DNA of 64,000 bases, taken from Vicugna vicugna (taxonomy: Eukaryota). The notes beneath the pieces are model-generated. The model was not told the DNA's origin, ran no database searches, and worked only from the letters and a program-made list of their open reading frames with translations. Made by a program: the position numbers and the translations under genes. The DNA is taken from contig MU058781.1 in assembly GCA_013265495.1 (NCBI GenBank), positions 9,715,009 to 9,779,008 of the forward strand. Direction: 5' to 3'. Shown here piece by piece: positions 27,101 through 40,503 of this stretch. Each line of letters opens with the position of its first letter. Position 1 is the stretch's first letter.

Positions 27101-27916
27101 GAAGAAATAAAAGCAAGAATAAACAAATGGGACCTAATGAAACTTACAAGCTTCTGCAGAGCAAAGGAAACCAGAAATAAAACAAGAAGAAAACCTACGG
27201 AATGGGAGAAAATTTTTGCAAGTGAAACCGACAAAGGCTTGATCTCCAAAATATATAAGCAGCTCATACGACTCAATAAGAAAAAAATAAACAACCCAAT
27301 CCAAAAATGGGCAGAAGACCTAAACAAGCAATTCTCCAAGGAAGACATACAAATGATCAAAAAGCACATGAAAAAATGTTCAATATCACTAATTATCAGA
27401 GAAATGCAAATCAAAACTACAATGAGGTATCACCTCACACCAGTCAGAATGGCCGTCATTCAAAAATCCAAAAATGACAAATGCTGGAGAGGCTGTGGAG
27501 AAAGGGGAACCCTCCTACACTGCTGGTGGGAATGCAGTTTGGTGCAGCCACTATGGAAAACAGTGTGGAGATTCCTCAAAAGACTAGGAATAGACTTACC
27601 ATATGACCCAGGAATCCCACTCCTGGGCTTGTATCCAGAAGGAAATCTACTTCAGGATGACACCTGCACCCCAATGTTCATAGCAGCACTATTTACAATA
27701 GCCAAAACATGGAAACAGCCTAAATGTCCATCAACAGGTGACTGGATAAAGAAGATGTGGTATATTTATACAATGGAATACTACTCAGCCATAAAAACCG
27801 ACAACATAATGCCATTTGCAGCAACATGGATGCTCCTAGAGAATGTCATTCTAAGTGAAGTAAGCCAGAAAGAGAAAGAAAAATACCATATGAGATCGCT
27901 CATATGTGGAATCTAA
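24182..27916 (+). CDS. LINE-1 ORF2p (APE-like endonuclease, reverse transcriptase, CCHC), N-terminally truncated; first 7 codons come from flanking DNA
   Basis: No stops or frameshifts. EN motifs CCIQETH, GDFNT, SRIDH, TDHNA; RT motifs [25 protein letters not shown]-terminal [18 protein letters not shown]. First ATG is at 24182 (the track's 24176 start is TTG). Expression unknown. Confidence 0.85.
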   Translation: MLKIIHFWIIKQEPSICCIQETHFREKDTYRLRVKGLKRIFHANGKAKKAGVAVLISDKIDFKTKAIKKDKEGHFIMIKGVIQDEDITLVNIHAPNIGAPKYIQELLTEIKGDIDGNTIIVGDFNTALTSLDRSSRQKINKTTEKLNTTIEKLDLVDIFRALHPQKIEYTFFSSAHGTFSRIDHVLGHKRNLNKFKKIEIISSIFTDHNAMKLEINNRETKEKKRKAWRLNNMLLKKQWINEEIKAEIKKYLETNDNESTTTQNLWDTAKAVLRGKFIAIQAFLKKEEQSQINKLTHHLNQLEKEEQKAPKSSRRKEIIKIREELNTIEINKTIEKINQTKSWFFEKVNKIDKPLAKLTKKKKERAQISKIRKENGEITTNKIEIQNIIREYYEKLYGTKLDNLEEMDKFLETYCPPKLNQEETEHLNNPITRKEIEIAIKNLPTNKSPGPDGFTGEFYQTYKEELIPVLLKLFQTIEKEGILPNSFYEATITLIPKPGKDTTKKENYRPISLMNIDAKILTKILANRIQQHIKKIIHHDQVGFIPGTQGWFNIRKSINVIHHINKRKDKNHMIISIDAEKAFDKIQHPFMIKTLAKVGIEGTYLNIIKAIYDKPTASIVLNGEKLKSFPLKSGTRQGCPLSPLLFNIVLEVLATAIRQEKEIKGIQIGKEEVKVSLYADDMLLYIENPKRSTKKLLELIEEFSKVAGYKINVQKSVAFLYTNDKSTEKESKETIPFKIAPKVIKYLGINLTKEVKELYTENYKPLMKEIKEDFKKWKDIPCSWIGRINIVKMVTLPKAIYRFNAIPIQLPRTYFTELEQIIIKFIWNHQRPRIAKALLKRKKEAGGITLPDFRQYYRATVIKTAWYWYQNRHIDQWNRIESPEMNPQTFGQLIFDKGGKNIQWNKDSLFSKWCWENWTAACKTMKLEHTLTPYTKINSKWIKDLNIRQDTINLLEENIGKTLSDIHFKNFLLEEIKARINKWDLMKLTSFCRAKETRNKTRRKPTEWEKIFASETDKGLISKIYKQLIRLNKKKINNPIQKWAEDLNKQFSKEDIQMIKKHMKKCSISLIIREMQIKTTMRYHLTPVRMAVIQKSKNDKCWRGCGERGTLLHCWWECSLVQPLWKTVWRFLKRLGIDLPYDPGIPLLGLYPEGNLLQDDTCTPMFIAALFTIAKTWKQPKCPSTGDWIKKMWYIYTMEYYSAIKTDNIMPFAATWMLLENVILSEVSQKEKEKYHMRSLICGI

Positions 27917-28250
27917 AAAACAAAAACAAACAAACAAACAAAAACAAAGCATAAATACAGGACAGAAATAGACTCATGGACAGAGAATACAGACTTGTGG
28001 TTACCAGGGGGGTAGAGGGTGGGAAGGGATAGACTGGGATTTCAAAATTGTAGAATAGATAAACAAGATTACACTGTATAGCACAGGGAAATATACACAA
28101 AATGTTATGATAAATCACAGAGAAAAAAATGTGACAATGAGTGTGTATATGTCCATGAATGACTGAAAAATTGTGCTGAACACTGGAATTTGACACAACA
28201 TTGTAAAATGATTATAAATCAATAAAAATGTTAAAAAAAATTCACTTCTG
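24193..28250 (+). mobile_element. Young 5'-truncated LINE-1 (no 5' UTR or ORF1; near-complete ORF2, 3' UTR, short A tail, TSD)
   Basis: Open ORF2 ends at 27916. The 3' UTR has a G-rich tract (~28007-28040), AATAAA at 28221-28226 and an A-run at 28233-28240. Exact direct repeat AATTCACTTCTG at 24193-24204 and 28239-28250, just after TT|AAAA (24185-24190), the L1 endonuclease consensus. Confidence 0.97.
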
Positions 28251-29894
28251 TATCCTCAAAATTACATTTGTCCTTGCTGAGATTTTCAAAAGCATATCAA
28301 TTGTTGACATTAAAATAAACTTGTCTGTTATAGACATAACCTTGGTTTCAAACAGATTCTGATTAATCTGTCCAGCCCAGCACAAAAGGAAAAACAGATA
28401 TTGGAAGAATACGGTTTGGCTAGTGGACGTTATAGGGATATTTACTCTGTAATTTCACTTGGACTTTGAATGAGAGAATGTTCCTTTTGATTTAATTCCT
28501 ATACAAACTATTTTAATCTAACAATTTAATAGCAAAAACCTCCTGGGGAAGTTTGAGTCACTAGACTCCTGGAAATTGTTGTCGGTTACAAAAACAGAGG
28601 AGCTTAAATAACTCTAGGATGAACATGAAATTCTGTCTACAGGAGTTGAAGAGTGCCAGGGAAATACGGGCTTTATTCCTAAGGAATTCTCTTTGGGCCC
28701 AAACCTAAGGCAGTAGGGGTGGCATGCATTTCAACAGAACAGAAACCAAGGAGAATTTTGGTTCACTTTGGTTTGGTGTGTTGGCATTGATATACCTAAC
28801 TATGAACTGTGTTTTTGCATTTGTAATCCTTAAACCGCTCTAGCAGTTGCAAAAGGTAGACTGGAACCTGCTAGTTCTAGGCATTGGACTTCTGCATCCA
28901 TGTCCCTGGACACGTTCTCTCTAAAAGAACACAGTCCCATCTGATTATTGGATTAGTCCTGTTCTACTAAAAAGCCTTCATGCTTTCCAGTACCTAGTAG
29001 CCGCTTCCCTTACTGTCAAGCTGCTCACACCTTTAAACCATACTGAGAACAAGAATGCAGCCTAGCATGGCCGCAGAGAATATTGCTGTTTATTCAGACC
29101 TCATCCCCCAGGTTCTTTGCTTCCCCTGGAGTCTGTCAAATGTCCAGGATGGTCTGTGCTTATTCTGTCACTTTCCTCTTCCTTCTCAAGCCATAGGAGA
29201 AGCCTCGCCTCTCCGTCTATGCTGAGTTGGGAGGATCTTGCTTCCATGTTTCCACTGTTGACAGGGGAATACTGACAGGGCTTTGCTATCCATTTGCACT
29301 GTTGTGTCAACTGACTGGCCCTGACCCCTACACGGTGAGATCCCTTATACGAGTACCTGATCTTGTCCCTCTTTCTAGGTGACCACACACTGACTCAGCT
29401 AGGGTTACTGTAAGGTATCCCCTGCTCATTTTGTTCAGGTATTTATTTATGTTATGTTCACGGGTGCTTTTTAGCCTAATTATTTTTCATTTCCGGCTCA
29501 AGAACTGTATCTTTACCAACTTGCAACACTGTCCATCGCACTTTTTAGAAGACTTTGGTATTCGGCTCACAGTGAAACTCCTACCAGAAGTTTTTATTCT
29601 TTGTAGCTGCTTCAGACAGTAATGTCCATTCAATGAAGGGTCCATTTTCTTATTACTTCTCTTCCTTTTATGCCCAGTATGGGTCTTAGAATTGATTCCA
29701 CCTTTTACCAGCACCTCTTGGTTTTTTTTTTTAACTGTAATATTTCTGCTCCATTGAGCTACAAAACTTTAGTATGAAATTGATGATATAATTTTCTTTC
29801 AGAATTGCTATGTGAAACTAAAAAGGAAGAGAAGAAAGGATGGATGGACCACACAACCCTACCACCTCTTCAAAAATTGTTGGAAATACCCTGT

Positions 29895-30035
29895 ACTGCC
29901 CTGTCTTAGACTAGAGCTCTACATTCTGGCTCAGTAGTTCTAGGTGGGGATCAGAAATAGAGTATGCATTTCTGATAAACTCCAGGGGTCACCATGCTGC
30001 TCTTTCTCTGATTGCATTTTGAATAAGAAGGCTCT
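29895..30035. mobile_element. MER5-like MITE fragment
   Basis: ttctggctcagtagttctaggtgggga...tgcatttctgataaactccagg. Confidence 0.55.
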
Positions 30036-31394
30036 GAACTGGATCTGAGTAATTAGCCTTTTGATTCCAATTTTAAATATGTAATTGATTCTTGTAACTT
30101 TTTTGTTCTTGTTGAAATGTATAGCAGTACATTTGCAATCAGTATTGGAATGCTTGGGAGAATTTGAAATTTGCTATATTTGAAGTTAGTTTAACTTACT
30201 TAAACTTTAAAGATGTCTTCAGAATGCTGTAAAGATTTTGCTTGTTAAGATCATAAATTTACCCAGTCATGTGAAGTAGAACATTTTCATTTATAAGTGC
30301 AGCTTTAAAATTTTAAGGGGATTTAGTTAACTGAATTTTTTTTTTTAAATGAGACTGGTTGTTTTAAGGTGAATTTAGTTTGTGTGACTTGAGTTTATCA
30401 AACACTAATCAAAGTTTCCTCTACAAGTTGTTCTGTTTTATGTAACATTTACTGGATTTCTAAATGAATGAGATTTGCAGGTTGAATTTAAAGCAAATTA
30501 TGTTTCAACAGTTTTTTTTAAGTTTAGTAGACAAAAATAAATTTAAAACAGCTCTTTCTATGAAAAGAGGAGCCCTTGGATGAAACTCATCTGACACTCT
30601 TGACAGTTCGTCCAGCTCTGGCACATGTCTTTGAAAATGCCTAATTTCCTCTCCAGGCATTCTTTTTAAATTTTTGTTCCACCTTGGGTGGACATCTGAA
30701 AGTACTTCGTGCATTACTCAGGGCACCCAGCTCACTCCTGAGCAGGTGGGGCTTTGTGCTTGATTCCAGGGGCTTTCTACACAGTCGCCCCCTGCTGGTT
30801 TGTCTGGAGGTCTCCCCCAGGTGATTTGTCTCTCTCTCACACTCTCCCTATCCCCACAACCCACCACCTGTCACAGGTTCCTCAGAGACTCCTCTCTATT
30901 AATCCCTTCACCTTCCTCTCATCACATCCCACACAGGCAGGGACCTACTTCCCTTGGTTCTTAGTCTTTTGGTCCAGGTTCAGTTCCATCTGGTTTTCCA
31001 TTGTGGAAAGAGCAGGGTTGGGGGATGGTGTTCAGAACCATGAGGACAGAGAAGGGATTAAGGAAGAGAAAACATCTACAAGACAATAAGAACTTAAGCA
31101 AATCCTTTATTATGCTACAAATATTCTTTGACTCTTTTCTGTGAATTGAGTTGCATTACAAAAATCCCCTTCCGAGGTGGATACTGACCTAGCTTCCAAA
31201 TAGGGGAGCGAAAGTACAGGCCTTGGGAGACAGTTGGGATGGGGTGTGTCATCCCGCAGCATCTCGAGAGAGCACTCTTACCTGGCATTTTAATCGAGTT
31301 CATCATAATTCTCTTTTCACTTTTACTTCTGTGTGTCAGTTCCTGCATTCTCTGGCCCGACCCTCCCTCTCAAGAACATGATCTCTTGAAAAAA

Positions 31395-31872
31395 TTTTAA
31401 GACCGCTTTTTAGAGCAGTTTAAGTTTCACAGGAAATTTGAGAAAAGGTACAGAGGTTCCCCATACACCCCTTACCCCCACACGTGTGTAGCCTCCTCCA
31501 TCATTAACATCCCCCACCAGAGTGGGGCACTGGTTACAACTGGTGAGCCTGATGGACACATCATTATCACCAAAGCCCAGAGTTTATGTTAGGGTTCATT
31601 CTTGGTGTGCATTTTATGGGTTTAGACAAATGTAAAACAAGTATTCATTATTAGGGTATCATACAGGCTGTTTTCACTGCCCTATAAGTCCCCTGTGTTC
31701 CACCTGTTTATCCCTTTTCATTCTCCCCAACCCAGGAAACCACTAATCTTTGTGCTGTCTCCTTGTTCTGCCTTTTCCAGAATGTCACTGAGGTGGAATC
31801 ATACAGTATTTAGTCTTTTCAGATTGGCTTAAATGCATTTAAGTTTCCTCCATATCTTTGTGTGGCTTTTTT
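31395..31872 (-). mobile_element. L1MC1/2-like 3' end
   Basis: ttttagagcagtttaagtttcacag...aacatcccccaccagagtgg...ttagggttcattcttggtg...ggaatcatacagta. Confidence 0.85.
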
Positions 31873-33394
31873 ATATAGCGTAATAGGAGCCCCTTCTCAT
31901 CCCCAGATGACTGTGTTCTGAAATCAATATGCTCACTTAAGCCTCATATCTGGGATGCTCATTAAGCTGAGGCCCTTCTCCCCACCTCTCTAGCCTGTGC
32001 CTAACTTTCTAGTTTCCTGGTTTGCCTTTCAATTTCCTGTTGGAAACAGAGCCCTGTCTTGGCCCTTACGTTGATGAGCAGCTTATCTTTGAAAGCCGCA
32101 GCCTCAGGTTGATGGACCATGTCCTGGAAATCCAAATAGTTGGAGATTCCACATCTGCTGCTAACCAGTTAACCTACTAGACTGGAGACATGATCTGCCT
32201 GCATTGCTAGTACAGAGATTTTGTGGTCTCATGTTCCCTGCACCTGCATAGTAGCTCCTGAATGTATCAGCCTTGATTGCAACGTGAAGTCCCTCATCTC
32301 CATGAACTTTATTATTTCAGCTGCAGGTTTTACCCTTTGGGGCAAGTCATGCCACCTGGTCAGCTTTCCCAGCTCTAGACCCTTCCAATCCCTGCTGTCA
32401 TTAGTCTTCCTGCTGCCCTGCTCATGCTCCCAGCATGCAGAGAGCCCATGTGAGTTACAGCCTCGCACACCCGTGGCTCAACTATAATGGATGTTCATAG
32501 GCTAAGTCACTACAGGAGCTATAAAGGTGCCTTCTAAATCATCGAGAGAGTAAATTATGTTCAGTAAAACTTTATTGTTCCCATATTTTCATTTTTTAAA
32601 ACCTGGTAGTCCACATAGGAAATATGGTTAGCTCTGTATTAATCAGATTCATCAACAGTCCATTCCTGAATAGCTTGAAATTTACTGCCTTAGGAAAGAT
32701 CTAGGTGATTGAATATTTCATCCCATCCAGATAGTTGACATCATTTACACAGATTTCAGGCAGAATTTAGTTAGAACAGGAAGGTAATTTCTAGAACATA
32801 ATCCCTCAGCTCCTTGGTCATTCATGCCAACAGTCTCTACTGTCTGCTCATTCTTTGGTTTTAGTCATTGATGTCTGTAGCCTTCTGGGTCGATTCCTGT
32901 CATTCTTTGAAGAATGAAGCACCTGATTCACCATCTCTCTCTCCACTGTTGCCTCCTTGATAATTCTTAATAATGAAATATTTACGTTGTGGCAGCCAGA
33001 ATTGCTCACTAAATATTCCATGGGCACCTGTACACTTGGTACAGGTAGTGGGGCTGTATGACCAGCTTTAGCTGATGAAGTGATGAGTGGAAATATGAGT
33101 GTCATTGTGAGCTGAAGCATTTATGAGTTAGTGTGACATCTCCATTTTCTCTTTTCTTTTGGCAGGAAAGGGGATAGTTCTTTTAGTGATTACAGATGCC
33201 ACATGTTGAGACACAGAGCCAAAACTGGAAAGCTGCCTGACCCTGTAAGTCATTCAGGGAAGAGAGCATCCTTGGAGAGTCCCTGAGATAGAACTTGGCA
33301 TGTGTTAGAAATGTGCATGTTTGTTACCCTGAGACACCGGGATTATTTGTTACTGCAGTCTCGCATCACCTGTTCCTGCAATTAATGCTTTCAG

Positions 33395-34795
33395 TACGCT
33401 GAACTCTCAATTCCTGGACCTCTTTTCCTCCAGTGATCTTGACTTTGACCTTACCTCAGCCATCCATTCCCTTGCTTGTATCCTGGTTGCCACCAATTAC
33501 TATATCCTTCACATAAACTAAATCTTTGGTACCCTACTCTCCAAACACTTACCCCCTAAATTTCCAAATTATTCCTGCTGCCATCTCACCTCCAGTAACT
33601 TGTCAGAACCTTAGTTTTTGTAACTCCTCAACCCACTGGATATCCTCATTTCCTGACTTAGCCTATATTCCAGTGTCCACTACTAGGACAATTCCTGTGC
33701 ACATACCCTCAACTACTTTATTCTTTCTCCCTTCTTGGCAGAGTCCCTGCTTGGGTTAAATGCATCCTTCTTGGAATACCCTCATGTTTGTGTGAACAGG
33801 CAAGTGGTTGTAACTAGAGAGAAGTATGAAATACTTCTAACTGGATTCTAATGATTATTTAATTATTCCTACCCTGTTTTCCAAGTCTTTTCACTCCCAC
33901 ACTATCTGGGATGAACATTTCATATCTTCTCCTCTGTCTTTAACTCCCCATCACTTTTTCTGCTTTTACATTCTGATGACTTTGCTTCTTATTGAGAAAA
34001 TACGAGCAAGCTGAAGAGCACTTCCACACACTCTCACTACCATATCTCCCAACCTGTTTGCATCTTTGTCCACCTGTTCTGATAACCCATCTGCTACTTC
34101 TTAAGGACAGTCCCATTATTTGTGCACCGAATCCCATCTCTGTGCCTACTTAAGTTTCTTCATCCTGCAATTGTCTCCCTTTTCTCCTGGCATTATAAAT
34201 TTCCTCTCTCTCTCTCTCTTTTTTTTTTTTTTACTAAATCATCTCATAAACAAAAAACATGCTCTGATATCTCCTATCTTAGAAAGAACTTCACACAACA
34301 TAAACATTCCTGCAGTATGTCACCATTTCTCTGCTCCCTTTTATAGCTCAGTTTGTACAAGGGATGGTGTACACATCCTCTTCTCCCATTTCCTCCTGAA
34401 TTCCCTCTAATGAAAGTTTTATACACCTCATTCCAGTGAATTAGTTCTTGTGAGGTGCTCCTCCAGCCTCTGCTTCACCAAATCCAGAAACCAGTTCTCC
34501 ATGTTCATCTTACTTCATCATTTGGTGTAGTTGCTCCCTTCATCCACATGGTAATACTTTGACACTTGCATTCTCAGACATCACTTTCTCAGTTCCTTCT
34601 ACCTCACTGTCATTTCCTTCTTGATTTCCCTTGCTTTTCATCTTGTAGACCTCGTGTCATGTTGGCAGGACATGGGGCTTGATTTTCATTCCTTTTTTCT
34701 TTTATCTGCTCTGACTCCCTAGTCTGTCTCTTCTGATTCCATGACTTTAAGTAATATGTATATCCTCACTACTCAAATATGTCTCCATTGTGGAC
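33395..34795 (+). mobile_element. Decayed L2 LINE fragment
   Basis: Pyrimidine-rich L2-like text: ttcctggacctcttttcctccagtgatctt; ccatttctctgctccctttta; gttccttctacctcactg; catgactttaagta. Confidence 0.7.
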
Positions 34796-36009
34796 CTGAT
34801 AGTCAAGATCTAGAGTAGAGGCACAATTATGGAAAAACTCATCATAAAGAACACAGAGTACCACTGTACTTTATTTTGCTTTTCATTCTATAAATTGAAG
34901 TGCAGGAAGATATGTTTTGCCATACAAACTGTACAGTGGGTCCCTAAAATATTTCAGTCATTCTGTTTGAGTTTTTAAGACATATGAATACTCTGAGAGA
35001 AGGGGAGAGACCAATTATACTCATAATTAATTTCAAAAGCATTAAGATTGAACTTAGGTGAACTTGTTTCATTTCTTCTGTCAGAGACTAGGATCAAGTT
35101 AACTTTTTCTAAGTTTTATTTTAAAGGCCTTCTCATTTCTCTTTCTGAACAAAGATACGGTTCTCATTTTTCGTTCTCTCTTTTGCCAAATTTTCCCCAC
35201 AGCTCTAGGGGAATGCATACAAAGAGTATAAAATCCATGAGTCAATAGTTTTGAGACAGATTACAATTTAAATAATTAGATTATCATTTAAATAATTAAG
35301 GCTGGGTACAGTGTGTTACACTTAAAGCTTAAGCTAAGTTCAACATAAATTTTGAAAAATTTATGTTGGTACCTACTCTCCTCTAATATTTTAGATTTTA
35401 TTTATTGGCTTTACTGAAAAACTTTTGTGAGCAGAGAAGATCATTTAAAATTGTAGCAGCTCTGAAAATCAAGGAATATGGTCAATAATTATCCAGAATC
35501 TTGGCGGTATTAGTACTAACTAGGTTCGGATGGGCTCTTGCAACATAGTGGGAAGAGCCCTGGACTAGAAGTCATGGTACCTGCCACCAGGCAGTGGTTT
35601 TGAATGAGTCCCTTGTCTGCGGACTTTCAGCTGCCTCATCCAAATACGTAATAAGGTTGACTTTAGTGGTTTGTGAGGGTCCTTTTAGGTACTTACTTCC
35701 TACAACCTCCCCCCCCCCCGCGCCCATCTTTTCAAACATGGTTGAAATTGGATGGGAACTTATGCCTTCCTTTTGTAGTATAAACTTTGCAAACTTGTGC
35801 ATGTGACTTTCCTCGCAGAGAAAGCAAACCCTGCACGTATGTTCTCTGAAGTGGGGTCCTTTGTTTTCTCTGTGTAGTATCCTTCTGGTTTTGTTAGGAT
35901 GTGCTGTCCCTCTTGTGAAAACTGCTGTTGTTCCCTCCCCAGCCTTGTAATTCTCTTGGTTCTTCCCTGTTCTTAAATACTTCATCTTCTCTTTCATAAT
36001 GGTTATGAA

Positions 36010-36420
36010 ATCAAGCTGCTCCAGCCTCAAGAGTCTTTTCTCCTGATTATGCATGATTGGTCCCAGAGACAGGCATGTGACCAAACTGGGCCATCAACAT
36101 TTTTCCTATAATTGTTCAGACTAAAGATGGGGGGAGAAAGGCATTTCCTCACTTGCGATGAAGGGAAATAGGAAGCAGGTGGCTTCACAGTCTATTGTTT
36201 CCTGATAAGTGGAGAAAGTTGGTACGAGAGTGTGATGTGACACAATGAGAAGCCAAGGCAAGAGATGAAAGAGATGGCCTTGGTGGGGCTGGAGTCCGTG
36301 GCCAGCTGAATCACTCTACTTCCTGCGGTTACTTGAGCCTCCCAATAAATTACAGTTTTTGCTTATGTTTGTTTGAGCTTAGATTTCTGTCTGTTGCAAC
36401 CAGGATTAATTACTGACTTT
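36010..36420 (+). mobile_element. Old MaLR/ERVL-type LTR remnant
   Basis: gattggtcccagagacaggcatgtgaccaaactgggcca...ccaataaatt...gtttgagcttagatttctgtctgttgcaacc. Confidence 0.55.
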
Positions 36421-37627
36421 TGATTTCATACCCAATCTGACTGGAAAATTTGTGAAGAAATAGTCACTTTTTTCTTCTTTCTTTTCTCCACCCTCCCACA
36501 CACCTTTTTAAGCTATCAAAATAATTGAGGACACATGGAAGGATTCTGGTATGAATTAGTATCAGTCACATTAAAAAATGGCTTACTATTGTTTTTATTC
36601 ATTCTACACCTTCTCTCCTTTCTTCTAGTGATAGTCCTTGGCTCCCTGGTCCCAGGAATGAGGACTTGACCCAGGATGCTGTAGTTGTGTGTGGGTTTTT
36701 TTGGTTTGTTTTTGGCTCTGGGCACAGTGATTAGTCCAAGATGTGAGCACACTAACAAAACCAGATCAGTGAGGGTCCTTCCCTGGATTTTTTCAAATTG
36801 GACCTGAAAAGATACCTCTTAGATTCTTCAGTCACAGAATTTCTATCATAGGAATCTGATGTTTCCAGGCTGTGTTGTCCACAGACAGGATTGAGAAACT
36901 ACATCTTTGGTGGGAGAGAATTAAGCTGATAGGCAGAGAAAGACAGAAAATATTGGAAGATTCTTAATGCTATGGTGTTCTGGTTCCAGTCATCACCAGC
37001 TAGAGGCCCACAGTCATCGTTGGGTTCAGAAGATGATGCTGAGATGGGGTTGGGCAGTCTGGCTATTTTTAGGGATCAGCGTCCATGGATTGTACATTGT
37101 GGGGGCCACATGTTATTTTGCAGGCAAGAGGTCTCTGCATTATTTTGAATCAAGGGAAGAATGCCAGCTTTTAATAGGAATGTGAGGGCCACTTTTGTAG
37201 GCTCCAAATTTGCAGAGCCCTCTGGGGTTCAAAATTTGGAGAGTCCTTTTCCCAAATGGGCCCCATCTCAGATGAGAAGGTCCCATTGTCCCAACAGGTC
37301 CTGATCTTCATCTAACAGCCTGCGTTGGGCGGGTAGGGTATTTTCCTTCTCTAGAGTTTGGTTGTCCTGAGTATTGAGCCAGAATCTAGTCCATTTTCTT
37401 TCTTTCTTTCTTTCTTTTTTTTCTCCTGTTATGGGAAATGGTCTATTAGTGAGGGACCACAGAGGTCCTCTGGCTTTCACATTTGGTTTTCTTTGTCTGT
37501 TAATCACTTTCACTTTTCCATTAACCTCTTCTAGAGGAGTCCTTTCCAAAGGAGGTCCTAGGAGCAGCAGCACTAGTATCACCTTGGAACTTGTTAAAAA
37601 TACAAGTTCTTTGGTTCCATATAAGGT

Positions 37628-37765
37628 GTTTTTTTTTCCATTGAAGTATAGGAAGTTTACAATGTTGTGTTGATTTCTGGTATACGAAATAATGTTTCAG
37701 TCATAGATACACATACGTATACTCATTTTCATGTTCTTTTTCATTATAGGTAACTAAAACACTTA
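37628..37765 (-). mobile_element. Short L1 3'-end fragment (similar to the element at 49410), next to a MER5-like fragment at ~37535-37620
   Basis: ttgaagtataggaagtttacaatgttgtgttgatttctggt...tttcagtcata...ctttttcattatagg matches 49428-49540. Confidence 0.8.
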
Positions 37766-39074
37766 AGTATACCTATGGGGAATGTATTTTTTTTATTAAC
37801 GTTAATAATAATGATTTAGTACCACATAATCACATAATATATTACTGCTTACAAAGTACTTTCATATGTGACTTCATGTGATCATAATGGTAAAGTTGTG
37901 AGGATAAGGGCCAAGCTGATTCTCCTGTAGATGCTTAGGGCTGTCTCTATCTTTGGATCATATTTAGCTTTTCTTTAATTATGATATAAAACATAATACA
38001 TAATAAAGATAGAAACTTCTGGTTGTTCACTGTAGTGCAAGGTGCTCTCATTCTTCTATTGCCTTTAATTGAAACTTGCTCCTGTAATCTCAGAAGGTCT
38101 GAAAAGGTAAAGACCTGTCCTCTGACTTCCTCAGAGGCCTCTTCTGCAGGATATGCTGTCACTCGGATGACACAATCCATCCCCAAAGCATATGACAGTA
38201 TTCAGTGACAGTTTTCCTCATGTTCTCTCTGGGTGCGTATGCAGTTACCAAATGACACTTTTGATCCTATCATTTTGGCGGAGCTCACATTCAATACCAC
38301 TCAATGCTCACAGCAAACTCTGATTTACAAATGTTGTTAAGACAGAGGAACAGATTTTTCCATTGCATGGTTTCTGTGTTTTGTATCTACATTCTTGGTC
38401 TCTGGGTCTTTAAAACTGAAGTTTTAATGCTCTTTATCCTGTAGATATTTTGATTGTGGATGTTTAAGCCAATCAACCAGAAATCACTTGTGTAAGCACC
38501 TAATATGAGGCTGGTATTGTTAGATACCATGGCAGAGAAAAGAAAATAAGTAAGAAATAGTCTAAGTCTAAAATCCACTATTTGCTTAGGCGAGTCTCTT
38601 AGGCTGTTTTCTTTAGATTCTGAATCTGATGTAGGAAATGTGCAAGTGAGTAATTCAGGTGATGCACTCAGGAGGACCCTGCAGGCGAGTGAGGGAAATG
38701 GGGTAGGACAGGGCAAGAGGCTAAGCAAATGCATGGTTTCAGAAAACGTCCAGCCACAGATTGTTCTCTTTGCAGAACCCTGCAGAGAGAGTCATACAGC
38801 AGAGCTTTCCTTCTCAGAGAAGAGGGGACTGGGTGGTCTTACCTTTTGCACTAGCCAGTCATTGCTGTGGCTCCAGGGGAAGGGACACAGCCTCTCAGAT
38901 ATCTTCTGTGGGGTTGAGTCCCACAGCCACGGGCAATCTTCTGTAGGAAGTTAGGGATAAGCACCCTTGTCCGCTAGTACCTGCAGCAGCTGGGCAGTGG
39001 GTGCATAATCCTGGTACTGAGGAATCAGAGCAGCAACAGCATCTTAACACAGAAAAAATACTGACCTGTAATTC

Positions 39075-39235
39075 TAATAATAATATTAATAGCAGACCGT
39101 TTTATAGCACGGAATATGTATCAGACACCGTTTGAGTGTTTCGCAGCTACTTAATCCTCACAACACCCTGTGAGCTAGGTAGTGGTATTGCCTTTATTTT
39201 ACAGTTAGAAAACTGAATAGTTGTGACCTTGGAAA
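39075..39235 (-). mobile_element. MIR-family SINE
   Basis: ttaatcctcacaacaccctgtgagctaggtagt...ttttacagttagaaaactga. Confidence 0.75.
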
Positions 39236-39638
39236 TAATGGAGAAGAAAGGGCAAGCAAAACCCAGGCACAGTGGAAAATGCAACCCAGGCAATGTGTCT
39301 TTGGGGAAAGAATAGGCTAGACCTGGTGCTTGCCCGAAAGATGCCATCCAGAAAGATACAGTTCTCACACCAGCAGGAATTGGCAGGTACACAGACAATG
39401 GGTCTATTGATGATAATACTCTACTATTTATAAAATACACTTGCTAACAATCTGATCAGATTTCCCCAATAACCTGTTGAGATAAGGGTTTGGATTTTAG
39501 AGAAGTATCAAAGTGTTTATGATCGGCTTAATGACACTCAGGAGAGGAGTCCCAGCTAGGTCTCCAGACCAGCCCAGCCGAAGTGGAAATGTTTTCATTT
39601 GTTACAAATATAAGTAGAAAAAAAATATGTTTGAAGAG

Positions 39639-40010
39639 TGTTCTGGACTGAATTGTTTCTCTGCAAAATTCAGGTGTTGAAGCTCTACCCCTCTGTGTGA
39701 CTGTTTAGAGACAGTACCTTTAAAGAGGTAATTAAGATTAAATGAGGTCATAAAGGTGGGCCCTTTTCCAATATGACTGGTATCCTTTTATGAAGAGGAA
39801 GAGACATCAGAGATGTGCACAGAGAAAGTGCCATATGAGGACCACAGCAAGAAGGCACTGATATGCAAGCCAAGGAGAGAAGTCTCAGGAGAAACCAATT
39901 CTGCCAACCCCTACATCTAGAAATTCTAGTTGCCAGAACCACGAGAAGATCGATTTGTGTTGTTTGAGCTGCCCAGTCTGTGGTATTTTGTTACGATGGC
40001 ATCCCTAGCT
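39639..40010 (+). mobile_element. MLT1A/B-like LTR
   Basis: tgttctggactgaattgt...taaatgaggtcataaaggtgggccc...cccagtctgtggtattttgtta. Confidence 0.85.
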
Positions 40011-40137
40011 CGCCAGCACGAAGGCCACAGTTAAAGAGGATGGGTGACTGAGGCCGCCACTACTAAATGCACTGAACACACCACTGAACTTCAAAATGTC
40101 GACGATGCAGGCATATGGCTCAGTCTACTCTGCAGAC

Positions 40138-40503
40138 TGTTAGTTTGCCAGGGTGACCGTAATAATGTACTGCAGATTGGGTGGCTTTAACAACAGAAAT
40201 GTATTTTCTCGAAATCCTGGTGCCTGCAAGTTTGAGATCAAGGTGTTGGTAGGCCTCCCGAGGCCTCTTTCCTTGGTTTGTACATGGCCACCTTCTCCCT
40301 GTGTCCTCATGTGATCTTCTCTCTGTGTGTCCTAATATCTTCTTATAAGGACCCCAGTCATGCTGGATTAGAGCCCACCGTAATGACCTCATTTTCATTT
40401 CCTCTTTAAAGATCCTGTCTCTACATACAGTCCCATTTTGAGGTAATGGGGGTTAGGACTTCAATATATGAATTTTGGAGGGGACACAATTCAATTCGTA
40501 ACA
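40138..40503 (-). mobile_element. MLT1A/B-like LTR
   Basis: ttagtttgccagggt...gggtggctttaacaacagaaat...ggggttaggacttcaatatatgaattttggaggggacacaattcaa. Confidence 0.85.

Noticed and set aside
26854..27414. 186-aa minus-strand ORF and other antisense ORFs within 24196-28196
   Set aside because: Antisense shadow ORFs of A-rich L1 ORF2; no independent coding signal
35572..36084. 170-aa minus-strand ORF
   Set aside because: No recognisable domain or splice context; starts within an LTR-like remnant
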